A DNA stretch of 64,000 bases from positions 2,790,001 through 2,854,000 of the forward strand of contig OZ176059.1 of assembly GCA_964247055.1 (NCBI GenBank). Direction: 5' to 3'. Under the pieces are notes generated by a model. That model did not search any database and was not told the origin of the DNA. It worked only from the letters and a program-made list of their open reading frames with translations. Below, one piece after another: positions 10,585 to 24,147 of this stretch (the stretch's first letter is position 1; every line of letters starts with the position of its first letter). Source of the stretch: Paragordius varius. Its lineage: Eukaryota > Animalia > Nematomorpha. A program made the translations under genes and the position numbers.

Positions 10585-13497
10585 TTAAGGAGGTCCATTA
10601 TACAGTCCCATAAAAAGTTGAGAATCATTGATTTCATCAAGTAAAAAGTAGACGAAAGGCATATCAAACCAAAGTTTAACGTGTTGTTCCGGTTTTAAAT
10701 CTCGATCGTTGGGATTGTTCGTTAGCCCAATGACAGCGGAACTGGCTGCGCTAGCTTGTGTCCCATTCTCATTTAGCTGGAAAGCACTTTTATGTAACAT
10801 GGTAGTTACGGCGAGTCTATCATTTATTTTGTTGGTTATGCCTGAGAAATCACCATGCCCACTAATGTTCAATGACACAAAATATATATGTAATATTATA
10901 AAGAATTGTAAAATAAAATTTATGGTTTTTTAGTTTTATAGAGCCGTTTTTTTTCCTTTGCTTATTTAAAAGGACCAAAATTGTATCAGAACTTCTTGTG
11001 AAAGCTTAACATCACCTGCCTGACCAGGGCTGACAGTTATGATGGTGGAAAAATTGTACAGTTTCGAAGTTCGTACTCACCCCACCTAGATGTTAAAAGA
11101 CCGGCCACCTAGCTACTATACCATCACGCCTTTTGTGTTTATTAATATTTAAATTTAAATTCGTATGAAATTGATATATAAGACAACTGCTCCTTAAGTT
11201 AACCGCCATGATAAACTCGATACTAGATAACCGAAATTGGATAAAACTAAAACTCACACTTGATATTGAGATATGTGCTATGACAGACTGCCTAAACCAG
11301 CCCAATCTTTTCTGGTTATATTTTAATTTAAACGATCCCCAAGCTAATTCGTGGGCGCAAACTCCTTAAAAAATGGACTTATATACATGCATAAATCGCT
11401 AATCTTGAATCCATAAAAAATCTCATTTGTTCTAAATTTTTGAGAATCGGAAAATTAACTAACAATACTTCACTTTACTCTAGATTAAAAATTTAACAGC
11501 AGAAAAGTTGTGCGGATTAATATCAATATAACATCATAAATTTATAAATTATTAAATCATTACATTTTTTTTGAGTGTCAAGGGAAAAAAATCAATACTA
11601 TTTAGCAAAAAAATGGTTTAGGAATCGTATTGAATCATAAATTTTTACCATTTTATAGGTTAATTATCATTTGTATTTGAATATAAATGTAGATTTTAAT
11701 TACCTGTTCCGGAATCAAGTATATTGTAATTACCTAATAGTTAATACGATTATTTTGATTATAATGTTTATCAATAACAAAATTGTCAAGAAAAAGTAAT
11801 TTCACTTTGAAAATAATGATTATTATAATTATACCTAAAAAGAGAGTGTACACCCATCTTTTGTGCCAAAGGGATCATATCGATATGCGATTTTGTTTCA
11901 AACTTTGGAATCGCTATAAGGACATCATCTTGTTCACGGTTTACTCTGAGAACATTAGCAAATAGTGTAAGATGTTGACCCATTAAATCATTCATAAAGG
12001 CATCAAATTTTACCAAGGGTTGAACAAGGTATAGGGCGAATCGGGGTTCCCACAACTCAATGCGACAGAGTTGGAGAAAACTATGTTTAAATAGTAATCG
12101 AAGGTGTTGTGCTCTTTGTACGCCATACAGCATGGGAATCTTATAAAATAGAGATCGTCGAATTATATATATATACAGACAAAACGTAAAAACAAAAAAT
12201 TAACCATACTTTAAAACCGTTCTTTTTTTGGTGTATCCTTTATTTTATCAAAAATTTCTTTTTTTTCGTTAAATGGGTATAAATATTTGGTAAAGAATGG
12301 AAAAAACAAATGGTGATTTAATTCTTGATGAATAAGATATGATTAATACCATAGAGCTCTTGTTTTTCCATTCTTTACCAAATATTTATACCCATTCGAA
12401 AATAAAGGAGACATGACTGTATTTGTTTTTATTATGTACGTATATGCATCTCTAATACCCATTTAGCAACCGAAATAAATCAAAAAATGACTAATATAAT
12501 ACAATTGTTTTAAATATAAATTAAGTCTTTTAGTTTTTAAATTTTGTCAGTATATATTCTCAATTTCTACTGTAATTTCAAAGTGTGATTGATACAATAC
12601 AATTACTCTTAGGTGGCTTATATATTTTTTATTCAAGCAATATATATATTATTGACAACTAATTACTTTGATTTGGGAACCGTCCAAACGTTGAAACAAC
12701 ATTTTTTGCGTGTTCTTTGGATTGAAGGGGACAGGCCACGAAGCAGCAAAAGTTATTAAATTAGCTATAACTACCTTGCTCAGAGCGCTTACACTTCCTG
12801 GGGGTAATATGTTGGGAATATGGCCTTGAGTAGCTTCTAACGCGTCTCCATTTATGCTCTGCCTAGCAGCTTCGGCATTATGGAGAAAATCAACTTTCCT
12901 AACCGTCCCATAGTAATAGTGTTCAACAATGTTAATGTATTCCTTCAAAACTTCAAACGACTCCTCAACGTATATCCCAAGGGCCAATGTCAAATTATCC
13001 GAACCCCGGAGCGATGTTAACAGAGACTTGTAAGCCCTTTCAAGGGCATACTTCTTGTCAAAATTATGTGATAATGTATCTTCCGTAGCAAGGCTTGAGT
13101 GCGTATTAGGCAAGTTGGTCAGCCCTAAATCCAAAGTTGGCACATATCGGTAATCAAGAGCCCAAAATAATTCGTCATAATCCGAAAGTCCTAACCCCGA
13201 CAATAAAGCTGTCAGACAATGTGACATGCTTAGAGGCGAAAATATTAGGGCGGATTTATTGCCATTATACAAAAGTTTTAAGACTTTAACTGTAAACGAT
13301 CGACTAGCATCACGAAATACCTTGTAAGTTTCATTATACACTGTCGCGTTACCACCATCGTGATCAACGATTTCGTGTAGGTCATCTAAAGTTAAGATTG
13401 GCGATCTTCTAACAGGCGTAGGTTTCTCATCAAAATGATAAGTGGGCACCACAACGAGGAACAATCCTAAAATGAATAAAAATGCCTGGATTTTCAT
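10585..13497 (-). CDS. Secreted serpin, 3 exons (13497-12667, 12139-11835, 10861-10585), 470 aa
   Basis: Signal peptide MKIQAFLFILGLFLVVVP; motifs LIFSPLS, VIANLITFAASWPVPFNPKNT, IPKFETKSHID, hinge ENGTQASAAS, DMPFVYFL; GT-AG phases join into one frame. Confidence 0.93.
10935..11130 (-). mobile_element. tRNA-derived SINE in serpin intron 2
   Basis: Reverse complement GGCGTGATGGTATAGTAGCTAGG...GAGTACGAAC...CTGTCAGCCCTGG aligns with the copy at 16906; A-box/B-box-like motifs. Confidence 0.75.
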
Positions 13498-16208
13498 ACG
13501 CAGCTATTGTATGCAAAATTTAAGGATAAAAATACTGGTAAATGATATTTTTTATGTAAAATATTAAATACACCAAAAAAAGATTGGCGGTAAACAATTA
13601 AATTGAAACAACAGTAAATTGTTTGTTAACTGTTAGAGGTATTACCACTTAACATCAATTTAGAAAAATTTATTTGGTTTGAACCTATGTGTCACCATTT
13701 TTATAATTATATATAATTAAAGCATACGATAAGGTTTTTATTTGATAGGGATCATCGTATTTTCAGTTAAAGGTTTGCCACTTATTATTACAATAAAATC
13801 ATCAAATGCTACACTCCCACATAATTATAAGTCCTAACAAATATATTTAAATCAAAAGAATGCAAATCAAAAAATATATTTTTAAGGAAATTAGTAGAGC
13901 TCTTAAAATGCCTTATACGGAAATTAAATGAAACTACCTATAAGATATCGTGTCATCCAAATAACTAATGAAAAAAGGGACATTAGTTGATGTTTAGTTT
14001 TTTAGAATAACAACTAACGAAAGGTAAAATATGTATGCCTGATGTGTGCCTTTTCTTAAATGAATACAGTGTGCACAATTATGCTGGCTCATTCCCATTA
14101 TATTGTTGGTCCATTTGTATTATATAATAGCGTCTACGTGTATTATAAAACAAATGTTGACCATAATTAATTTAAGCAAAGTAATTAATGGAAGATAGGA
14201 AAAAATTATTAAATATCAAATTGTTGTTTTTTTCCATACACTACTGTGTTGCCAATCGACCAACTAAAATGTGAATAAGCCTTGGATAAATGAGCTTACG
14301 GTAATTTGTTTATGTGATAATTTTGGAATAGGTCGTATATCAAAACTTTTATATTATTATTATATCAATAAAGTGTTTGTACAAAATTAAATAAACAACA
14401 GTGTTAAAGTTTAGGACAAAAAATGTTTGATTTCTATTTATTGTATTTTACTATATAGTATTGCTACTATCATACATAAGAGGTGTTCACGGTCTGGGCA
14501 ATTAAATAAACCATGAACCATTTTTGTGAAATTGAAAACACGTGATTTTCAAAACCGTTTTGGAATCTAAACAAAAATCCAAATTATTATTTTTATTAAA
14601 TGGTAAGTTTTTTAAAATTTTCTACATACCGTTTTTTTGTGGTTTAATTTATGTTTTAGCGTCTATTTATAGATAAAATCTCAATTATGGGGCAGTTGCG
14701 TTATCCCTGATTAATACTTTAAAAAGTTTTAATTCAGTTTGAAAACGTTTATGTAACTTAGAAAAAAATTTAAATCAATGGCTCTAAAATACAAGCGATT
14801 TGCGAAAAAATAATATTTTTAATGAAATGACATTTTTTAGTATTTTTGGTTTGATGTGTTCAGCCCATTTAATTATCTAACTGAATTTGAAAAACTTAAA
14901 ATTATAAGTTTTAACATAGCCAATGCATTTCTTGCCGCATATTTCACTCTATTCAAATGCTATGTAATAGTGCTATCATCAAACTGAGGTATTTAAATGT
15001 TATCTTAATATCTCTAATGTGCTTAACGTAGCACGAAAGCTACAACAGTATGAGTAAATAGTGATTGCTTGTTCTCATAATTATTGTCAGATAGCACATT
15101 AACACAAAGAAAAATTATTAGACATAAATGTTTACCCTTTTCCTAGTAAATCACCATAATATTTCTCTTTGGTTTATCTAATACATGGCAATATTTAATG
15201 AAAAACTAGGAATGTATAGTTACATACTGTCGTTAAAGACAATTGAATATATATGCATACACACAAAAATACAGTCAAAACAGTCTCAGTATTAGTTATT
15301 TCAGGGTTTTACAGAAAAAATTTAACTAACTGTGTACAAGCTATCAAAAGAATGGGAAATTTGACATCTTGTTACGTTTACTTAATTTATATTCTAATCA
15401 CAAATATTTAATTTAAGGAAAAGCTACTAATATAATTTATAATAAAAATTAGGATTATGACAAAAGGTAAATTAAAAAAGACTATTTTTTGGTAAAAAAC
15501 TATTTTGTAGTTATCGTTTTTTTCTGTATTGTATACTCTAAATAATTACAATCATGAAATGTTTAAATGAGTGTGTACCAAATTATTATTTCTTTAGGAT
15601 TAAAAAAATGTTTGTTAAATATTAAAATATTATAAGACTAATTTATTAAATGTTCGAATATGGATGATAATGTATTACTTTTTATGGAAGTTTCTAGCAA
15701 TTTGAATATCATATATATAAAAAATTTTTTTAAATTTGCCAATATTAGGTTTTGGGAATCATGTAAGATTATGGACGAATATTTATTTTATTTAACACTT
15801 CATGACCTACATTTTTTAATCTAGTTGACTTATTGTGGTGGTTTTATAACTCAAAGTACAATTATGTTAATAAACTACTGTTTTAAAGGTTATATTAGTT
15901 AAATTTTTTTTATCAAACATTGTTCTCATGTATTTGGTAAAAAAACTTATTTTTTACCGTTTTGTGAGTTCTATAGTTTAAAATTGGGCCACCTCCAAAA
16001 CAAGATATAAACGAACAGCTTATATTGAAATCAAAAATAAAGTTTTTGTTGGTTAAATGTAGCCTGAAAGCTCTTTAAAGTTATTTTTTACATAAACTAT
16101 TGTGACCAGATATTTTTAACTTGAATGCAGTACAAATTTAAAACATACTGTGCCTTGTTTTTAAACCATCGGTGTGGAATATTCCACAGTTAAAAATATC
16201 CTGATGAA

Positions 16209-16241
<33 letters not shown>

Positions 16242-16905
16242 TCTGATAGGAAAATATCAGGATTATCATGGTGCTTTTGGTTTAAACCTTTACGAGTTAT
16301 TAAAAAAAGTTATTTACAGTAAGTGCTCCGTAAATAATTGCAAAAGGGGCGCAATTTTTCAAATATATTTTTGGTAAATGCTAAATGTATAATTTCAAAA
16401 AATATCACTAAAATATAACATAAACTCCATATAAAAAGCAAAACAATGTTTTAAAAATTTTAAATTTTTAGATGTGGCTCTAAAAGTCCCAATTTTTTTG
16501 GCTCTTTTAAAATGAACCGTTCTCTTAAAATAAACGTAAAATTCCTTTTCATACTATTTTGAGCATGATGGAAACGATATAAACGGTTGAGATGTTATAA
16601 CATTTTATATATATAATTCGATAATGCTAATTTCTCACACGGATTTTGATTGAAATATTTGTTCGTTTTCAAAATTATGTTAAATAAAAATTGTTTTTTT
16701 CAAAAAATGCACCAAAATTTGCAAGCAAACATTAAACTATGAATGTTCAACATCATCGAATTATTTGGAAAAAGAATTTTATTATATCTCAAAGCGTTAT
16801 ACAGTTTCCATGATGCTTCAAAACAGTTTGAAGTACGCTTCAACAAAATATCTCAGTTTTATTTATGCAAAAAAATAAGATAACTAATAAAAATTAATGT
16901 TCAGA

Positions 16906-17102
16906 GGCCTGATGGTATAGTAGGTAGGGCGCCGGACTCTTGCACTGCATGACAGAGTTTGAACCTCGAAACTACGCAATTTTTCCATCATCACTGTCAG
17001 CCCTGGGCAGGCGAAAGTTAAAGCATTCACAAGTCCGGATACAATTTAAGTCCTTGCCCTTTAATTAAAAAGGAAAAAAGAGACTCTAAACTGTATAAAA
17101 AA
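16906..17102 (+). mobile_element. tRNA-derived SINE with 19-bp TSD
   Basis: A-box TGGTATAGTAGG, B-box-like GAGTTTGAACC, A-rich end; flanked by AATAAAAATTAATGTT(C/T)AG at 16886-16904 and 17103-17121. Confidence 0.8.
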
Positions 17103-18942
17103 AATAAAAATTAATGTTTAGGAAAAAAATTAAGAAATATCATACCTACAACCTAATGAGTATGGATATCGTAAAAACTCTATTTTTTACGAAAGGTTAT
17201 TTCGAAATCATCTGCCATATATAATAAATTTTAAATTTTTCTATATAATTTTCCGTTTAATAATTGTAATAAAGAATAAACTTTCTAACTGTGAAACATT
17301 TATAAAAATATCATAAATTAGATTTTTAATTTTAAACGATAAGTGAAAGAACCATTAGTCTGAATCTTACGGTGTAGACTCCGAGATTTATAGTTTCGCC
17401 ACTGCGCGAAAGGCCGTATCCTATGTTTTATGTATATTTCGAGCAGATTAGTTTTGTACCTCAAAATGCATTTCTTTACCAATTATGAGGTTATTTTTAC
17501 AGTGGGTACTATATTAAATTCTAAAATATTTTTTTTTGAATAAATAAAAGGTATATAATGTATATTTAAAAATTATTTTTTTTTATTTCAAAAAGCAGTA
17601 CAAAAGTGGGCGCAGTACATGCGCAGTTTTTTTCAGAAAACCCAGTACAGTACTGCGAAAAACAGCCTATCTGGTCACTATACATAAACCATAATATACA
17701 TTTTTTTATTTATTGCATTAGCAATTTAAAAATCTATAGAATAAAATGACGGCAAACTTTTTGAGATAGGATTTTTTACGATTTTATATTTTTTAAATAA
17801 TATTTTTTGTGTAAATGAGCCCAAAAAACGAGAAAGCATATATTTAAATTTGATAATTTCTTAAATATTTTTGAGATATTCAAATTTTAAATCGCTCTGC
17901 GATATAAAACTACCCCAAAAGATCATTGAGTGATAAATGTAATGACTATATAGATTGGGTAGGGGTCTTAGGCCACATTACAAGAAATAAGCCTTTCGGA
18001 TCATTTATAATTTTAGAAGTATTCGATGGAATAAACTTTCTAACTTTCTGTGTATTTTTAATCCAAAAACTACATAAATTGATATTCTATCAATGATATT
18101 GGGTAAAACTAAGAAAGTATTTTTTGTCATTATTGCGAGTTTTGCAAAAAAATAGAAAATCCTTATAAAATCCGCATTTGAAAATTTTAGCCGCCAAATA
18201 TTTTTTGGTTTTTGTATCGCTCAAAAAACTGCACAAATATGGTTAAAAAACAAGATATAATTCATTTTGTTCTTTGATTTCAAATTTTCGATAATTTTTT
18301 GCATAGAATTGATATATTTGACCATTGTTTTACAAAACGTAAAAAATCTTTTTTTTATAAGTTATAAGCAAATAGTTTACAATTTAATATTGTCAAAGCG
18401 CATTTTATGGTTTGAATCATAAAACGGATTAAGAGCAGTACAAAATGTTATAAAAAAAGTTAATATATACAATTAGAGTTTTCTTCCATCGTATGATTAT
18501 GAATAAAGTAACTTTATATAATGGCAAACTTAAAAAAACACAAATATTTCTTAATTTTATATTCAGCTAATGCACTTATATCATGTTGACTAAATTCTTA
18601 CCTTGATGTTTATACATAATCAGGGTTTGCAAATGAAACTTTTTTATGTTTCGGCGCTTAAATGTTATCTATGCGCAAACTTTGCAATAGTTTTAATTTG
18701 TTCCATATTTTTAGATAATTAATTTAAAACAGGCCTGGGTCCCCAAAGAAATTGAAGGAGGACTGAGATGGCTGGTTGTATTCTGGTGTTTGGAAAAACA
18801 TAAATCTTTACCAACAATTTTTTTCAAATCTTTAAAATCATGACAGGTCGATCTAAATACCTCATATCTATATATTTTAACAAATTTCATTTTTATATAG
18901 TACGACTAAGTAATTATTCCAATACCTTTTAGGGTAGTATTA

Positions 18943-21830
18943 TTGGTTGGTTGGTTTTTCCTAAGTCGTAAACGACTTTTTGGATATAGTTTTAACTATT
19001 TCTTTCCATTTTTTTCTATCTTTAACCGCTATATTGAGCTCTTTCAGTGTCATTTTGGTCTCTTCTTTTATCATATCCAACCACCTCATCGGTGGTCGGC
19101 CTCGTTTTGCCCTTCTACCTTCCCAAACATTGTATCTTTCTCCAGAGAATTCGATCGCATGACATGACCAAAATATGTTAACTTTCTTTTTAGAATTATC
19201 TCCATGATGTTTGTTTTAGGTTTTATTTCTGTAGTTAGACTTTCATTCTTAATTTTATCCTTCCAGGTGTATCCTAGCATCCTACGCCAGCAGCTCCTTT
19301 CAAAAGCCATGAGCCTTTCTTTGTCCCTTTTTTTGAGGGTCCAACTCTCACATCCATATGTGGTGACCGGGAGAACGAAACAGTAGAGTAATCTTTTTTT
19401 GGTTTCAACTCCTACGCTTTTGTTTTTCCAAATCTTTATTAATTTGGTCATCGCTTCTCTACCCAATCCTATTCTCTTTCTGATGTCAGGAGTTGAAGAC
19501 CCATCCTCTGAAATTATTGCGCCCAAAAACGTTAACTGTTTAACTATTTCTATTTCTACTCCTTCTATTATAATTGTAGGCTTTTTTCCTGTACATAATA
19601 TTTTGGTTTTGTTAGGATTAAGCCTAAGACCATACCTCAAACTTTCCTTTCGAATCTCTTCAATCAATTCCTTCAAATCATTTGCACTTTCAGCTATAAG
19701 AGTGGTATCGTCTGCAAACCTTAAATTATTGATTGTTCTCCCTCCTATTCTTACTCCTATATTTTTACCATCCAACTTCCTCATTATCATTTCTGTGCAC
19801 ATATTGAACAGATAAGGGGATAAGCAACACCCTTGTCTGACTCCTTTCAAGATTGGTATTTCGTCTGTGTCCCCCGCTGGTGTTCTAATAATCGCTCTTT
19901 GTTTTAGATACAGAGAGCTAATCAATCTTATTAAGTGAGACGATACCCCTACTAACTTTAATGTTTCCCACAAGGAGTCATAGTTAATTGAATCGAATGC
20001 TTGTCTGTAATCAATAAAACACATGTATAATTCTTTCTGGAACTCTTTTGATGTTTCCATTATCCTTCTCATGTTTGAGATATGGTCTCTTGTGCTTTTT
20101 CCCTTCATAAATCCAGCTTGATTTTCTGGTATTTCTGTCTGTATGATACTGTGCATTCTGTTTTGTATTACTTTTAGTAAGACCTTACTAGCGTGGCTAA
20201 TAAGAGATATGTTCCGATAATTCTCGCATTGGAGTACATCTCCTTTTTTATATATTGGGAGATATACAGATGATGCCCAATCGTTTGGCCACTCACATGT
20301 TTCCCACACCTTTTGACATAGCTGGTGTAACTTTTCAACGGGAATAGCTTTTATGAACTCTATTGGGATATTGTCTAATCCCGTCGCTTTGTTGTTAGGA
20401 ATTTGTTTTAAGGCTAATTCAACCTCCTCTCTTAATATATCTGGATCACGTTCTTCTTCTTTTAATTGCAACACCTTTGTTTGAGGAGCCTGATAGAGTT
20501 TTTGGGTGTATTCCTTCCATCTTTCTCGTACTTCTGTTTGTTTGCACAATATGGTGCCATTCTCTTTTTTAATCTTTTGTGATGATATAAAAGGTTTATG
20601 AGTCATTTGCTTCAGCTGGAACATTGGTTGCATTAATCCTTTTTTGTTATTTAATTCCACTTCCAGACATTGTTTATTAAGAAAATCTTCGTAATCCTTC
20701 CTTGTTTGTCGTTGAAATTCTTTGTTATATAATTTTACCATTTTATTATCACCTCTTGATTTAGCTTTTCTCCTCTTTTCTGCTATCTCTATACTCTTTT
20801 CTGATATCCATTTGTTATCTTTCCTCTTTACTCTCTGCACTTTTTCTTTTGCCACTTCATTAACAACATTTTTTATCGTTCCCCATAATTGTTCTGAGCT
20901 ACATCCATTGTCCAATCTTTCTAATCTATCTTTGGTTTCTGTTCTAAAACTATTTGGAATGTTCCGAGTGTCATATCTGTATATCTGTTTAACCTTATTT
21001 TTAATTATTTTAAGTTTGATTTTGGTTATTAAAAGCTCATGATCGCTAGAGCAATCGCTGCTTTTGCTTGTTTTGGTATCGATTATAGAGCTTTTCCATT
21101 TTTGAGGACACATTATGTAATCAATTTGATTCTTATATTTACCACATGGAGAGGTCCATGTGTATAACCTCCTATTGTGTTGTGGAAACCATGTGTTGGT
21201 TATCATCATCTCATTTTCTTGACAAAAATTGATCAGTGCTTCCCCGGCCTCGTTTCGTTCTCCCAATCCATATGGCCCGACTATTTGATCTACTCTACCT
21301 CTACCAACTTTGCTGTTCCAATCCCCTCCTATGATAATCATATCTCCTTTCTTCGTTTCATCCAAAACTATTTGCAACGTTGCATAAAAGTCCTCTATGT
21401 CTTCTTTGGGAGCGTTTGACGTAAGAGCATAGACTACTATGTATGTAAATTTAAGTGGCTTGGCATTCAGCCTAATACTCATGATTCTGGGTGTATATGG
21501 TGTATAACTAATGAGACTTTTATTTAATTTGTTTTTTATTAATACTGCAACGCCTTCAGATTTCTGGTCATCTCTCCCCGATCTTAACAATGTATAATTT
21601 TCGTTTTGTACTTTCGCGCTACCTTTTTGCTTGGTTTCCGTTAGACCCAGTATATCTATGTTCAATCTTTCCATTTCCTTTTCAATTATCACTTGTTTGG
21701 TTGATGTTAAGGAACGTACATTCCAGCATCCAACTTTGAAAATTCTTGTTAAGTTCATTTAGTAAAACTATTTTTTGGCAGTAATAAACGAGGGTGGTTT
21801 GCCATTGCCTTCCCTCTCACTTACCCTCTT
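18943..21830 (-). mobile_element. RTE-clade (BovB-like) LINE, near full-length
   Basis: 890-aa APE+RT ORF; 5' leader GAGGGAAGGCAATGGCAAACCAC resembles the BovB-type leader motif; 3' end AGTCGTTTACGACTT followed by (AACC)n tail at 18943-18957. Confidence 0.93.
19086..21758 (-). CDS. RTE endonuclease-reverse transcriptase; frameshift near 19105 truncates the C-terminus
   Basis: CWNVRSL, GLTETK, GGDWN, NQIDYI, SDHELL; RT GVRQGCCLSP, RFADD; shifted frame continues KRGRPPMRWLDMIK...KDRKKWK...KSRLRL. Confidence 0.93.
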   Translation of the reverse strand: MNLTRIFKVGCWNVRSLTSTKQVIIEKEMERLNIDILGLTETKQKGSAKVQNENYTLLRSGRDDQKSEGVAVLIKNKLNKSLISYTPYTPRIMSIRLNAKPLKFTYIVVYALTSNAPKEDIEDFYATLQIVLDETKKGDMIIIGGDWNSKVGRGRVDQIVGPYGLGERNEAGEALINFCQENEMMITNTWFPQHNRRLYTWTSPCGKYKNQIDYIMCPQKWKSSIIDTKTSKSSDCSSDHELLITKIKLKIIKNKVKQIYRYDTRNIPNSFRTETKDRLERLDNGCSSEQLWGTIKNVVNEVAKEKVQRVKRKDNKWISEKSIEIAEKRRKAKSRGDNKMVKLYNKEFQRQTRKDYEDFLNKQCLEVELNNKKGLMQPMFQLKQMTHKPFISSQKIKKENGTILCKQTEVRERWKEYTQKLYQAPQTKVLQLKEEERDPDILREEVELALKQIPNNKATGLDNIPIEFIKAIPVEKLHQLCQKVWETCEWPNDWASSVYLPIYKKGDVLQCENYRNISLISHASKVLLKVIQNRMHSIIQTEIPENQAGFMKGKSTRDHISNMRRIMETSKEFQKELYMCFIDYRQAFDSINYDSLWETLKLVGVSSHLIRLISSLYLKQRAIIRTPAGDTDEIPILKGVRQGCCLSPYLFNMCTEMIMRKLDGKNIGVRIGGRTINNLRFADDTTLIAESANDLKELIEEIRKESLRYGLRLNPNKTKILCTGKKPTIIIEGVEIEIVKQLTFLGAIISEDGSSTPDIRKRIGLGREAMTKLIKIWKNKSVGVETKKRLLYCFVLPVTTYGCESWTLKKRDKERLMAFERSCWRRMLGYTWKDKIKNESLTTEIKPKTNIMEIILKRKLTYFGHVMRSNSLEKDTMFGKVEGQNEADHR

Positions 21831-23158
21831 TACAAAAAATAAATATCTAGAATAATTAAAATTAAAGAGTAATCTTTATAAATGTTGTTAATTTGGATAA
21901 ATTATAAATATTGATATTTTGCTCTGTCTGGCAATCATAAAGGAAAAATATAAAGAAATTATGGCTAGGCTAGTAAAAATAAAATAATTAGGCACCAAGG
22001 AGTAGAGAAAAAAAAAAAAGGGAGAGATCTGTATAACAATGATTTTTGATGACTTAAGAATTATGTTACTCTTTAAATTACATATTTAGCATACAAATAA
22101 AATAAAAACTCTACAAAACAAAGAAAAAGATTAATAATTACTAAAAGGAAACCTATTTTTTAAATATATTTATAGTATATAATAAAAATACTATCCTTGA
22201 ATATCCTCCCGCTTTCAATCACATGGTTTCATGCATGAAAAAAAAAAAAATTAAATTTGTAGTATTATTAAGAGCGATTTATTAAAAAGTATTTACGGTA
22301 TTGAACCAAATTATAAAATATGGTTTCTTTGCCTTGTGGGCGCATTATACATATTTTTTGAAAAAATGTAAAAAAACCGGATGTCAAATTTTTTTGTCGC
22401 CATTCTATATTTTCATTATATCGCTAATACAACAAGCAAATAAACATATATGATGATTTGAAAAAGTAAAACTTTAAGAAGTATCTAATTAAACTTTACT
22501 AGCATAACTTCATATATTTTGAATTCAATCTATTTGTTTCATTCGTGTTGTGAGTCCCAGTAATTGTAAGAAACATAGAACATTATCTAATACATAAGAA
22601 AAATGGATAAAATTTTTTTATCTAAAATAACTGTCAAAACTGTATTTTTTCATTAAGCACTAAAATATAAAACACTTTAAAAGGTAAACTAGCACATAAA
22701 TTGAAAGGGTAATATTTTGAAAGAAAAGCAGTATTGATAACACATTTTTTAATTTAATATATTTTTGACACTTATAGCTTAAACCAATCTAAATTGGAAT
22801 TATTATTAGAATCGATATTTTACAACAAGAATCACATGATCAAATCCAAATTTACTAGGGTAAAAAAATGACCGTAAAATACCAAAACCGTAATTGATTT
22901 TTTGAATTAAATAAATTCGAAATCGTTCAATTTTTTAAAGAGCCATCCAAGCAATTAGTAAAAAATTACCTTTATAATTTAGAGCTTGAAAAAGTTAGGG
23001 CAGCTTATATTAGCGGCGGCTTGATCCGCCTGAATTATATTATAAATTTAAAACCGAATATTTTTATTTCTCGTATCTTAAAATTGATGGTTAATTTATA
23101 ATTAATAAAATATTCCAATATAAATATATTTTTATGCTACATCAGTAATTCTGTTTAA

Positions 23159-24147
23159 CACTTGGATACAACATTTTCATTTCAGTCTTTTAATTAAAAT
23201 TGGGGTATTGGAAACCCAACCCTATATAAAATTAAATACATTAATATATGGAAGGAATCGGAACCATGGCAAAATCTTTCACTTATATAACATTAATAAA
23301 CCGAAATATATAAGTTTTATTCAAAAATACTTGATATTACTTATTTTGATGTGAAAAAAGGTAAAAAATTAGTCAACGTAATATGTCTGCATTGGCTAAA
23401 TTAAAAATAAAAACGGCGTCGAAGTAGTCTGACATGGACCATTAAAATTAAATGTTTTTTAGATATTTTGGCTTATTCATATATTTATCCGAGTAGAAGC
23501 ATAAATTTAAATTGGGACTCATTCCTTCAGTAGTTTTTGTAATATATTGAATTTAGTCGGGGTATATACTCCGATTTTAACACTTGGATACAACACTTTG
23601 ATATTAGTCCTTCGATTCAAATTGGGTTAGTTACATACCCCAGGCCTGTTTAAAATAAAATTCTTAAAAAAATATGGAAGGAATCGAAACCATGTAAAAA
23701 TTTTGCACTTATATAAACATTAAAACACCAAAATACATAAAAAATTTTATTCAAAAATACTTGATGTTACTTATTTTAAGCTAAAACAAAATATAAAAAT
23801 TTGGTCAACGTGACATGTGTGCAATTGTAAAATTGAAAAATAATACAAAATAAACCGCTTTTTCTATTTCTATCAATGTTAGATGTCATTTAAACAAAAG
23901 AGTAGGAATTTTACCCTTAAAATTAAATGAAGACGATATTTTGCAAAAATTTTGTGAAATAAAAATGGCGTCGTAGAGTTTGACATGGAACTTTTTTTAT
24001 TTTTTTTTAGATATTTTGGCTTATATAAATCCTATTAGGATAGTAGCATAAATTTAAATTATGACTATTTCCTTCAGTAATTTTTTAAAAATCCTAACTC
24101 AAATTTAGTCCGGGGTATTTAGATACCCCAATTTGAATCGAGAAGTG
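23159..24147 (+). mobile_element. Two piggyBac-like MITE copies (23159-23576 lacking an intact right end; 23581-24147 complete), ending about 130 bp before the PRP4K start
   Basis: TTAA at 23155-23158, 23577-23580 and 24148-24151; same TIRs as 6005-6564. Confidence 0.8.

Noticed and set aside
14900-15060. Possible old LINE RT C-terminal relic on the minus strand (FKYL...HLNRVKYAARNAL)
   Set aside because: Frameshifted and under 50 codons; suggestive only
16906-16980. tRNA gene
   Set aside because: No complete cloverleaf or acceptor stem; continues into a SINE body with TSD and a second diverged copy
18943-21419. Several plus-strand ORFs (60-138 aa) opposite the RTE
   Set aside because: Antisense shadows of the RTE ORF with no independent motifs
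21759-21900. Searched for an HDV-like ribozyme and TSD at the 5' end of the second RTE
   Set aside because: Neither found; the leader appears 5'-truncated
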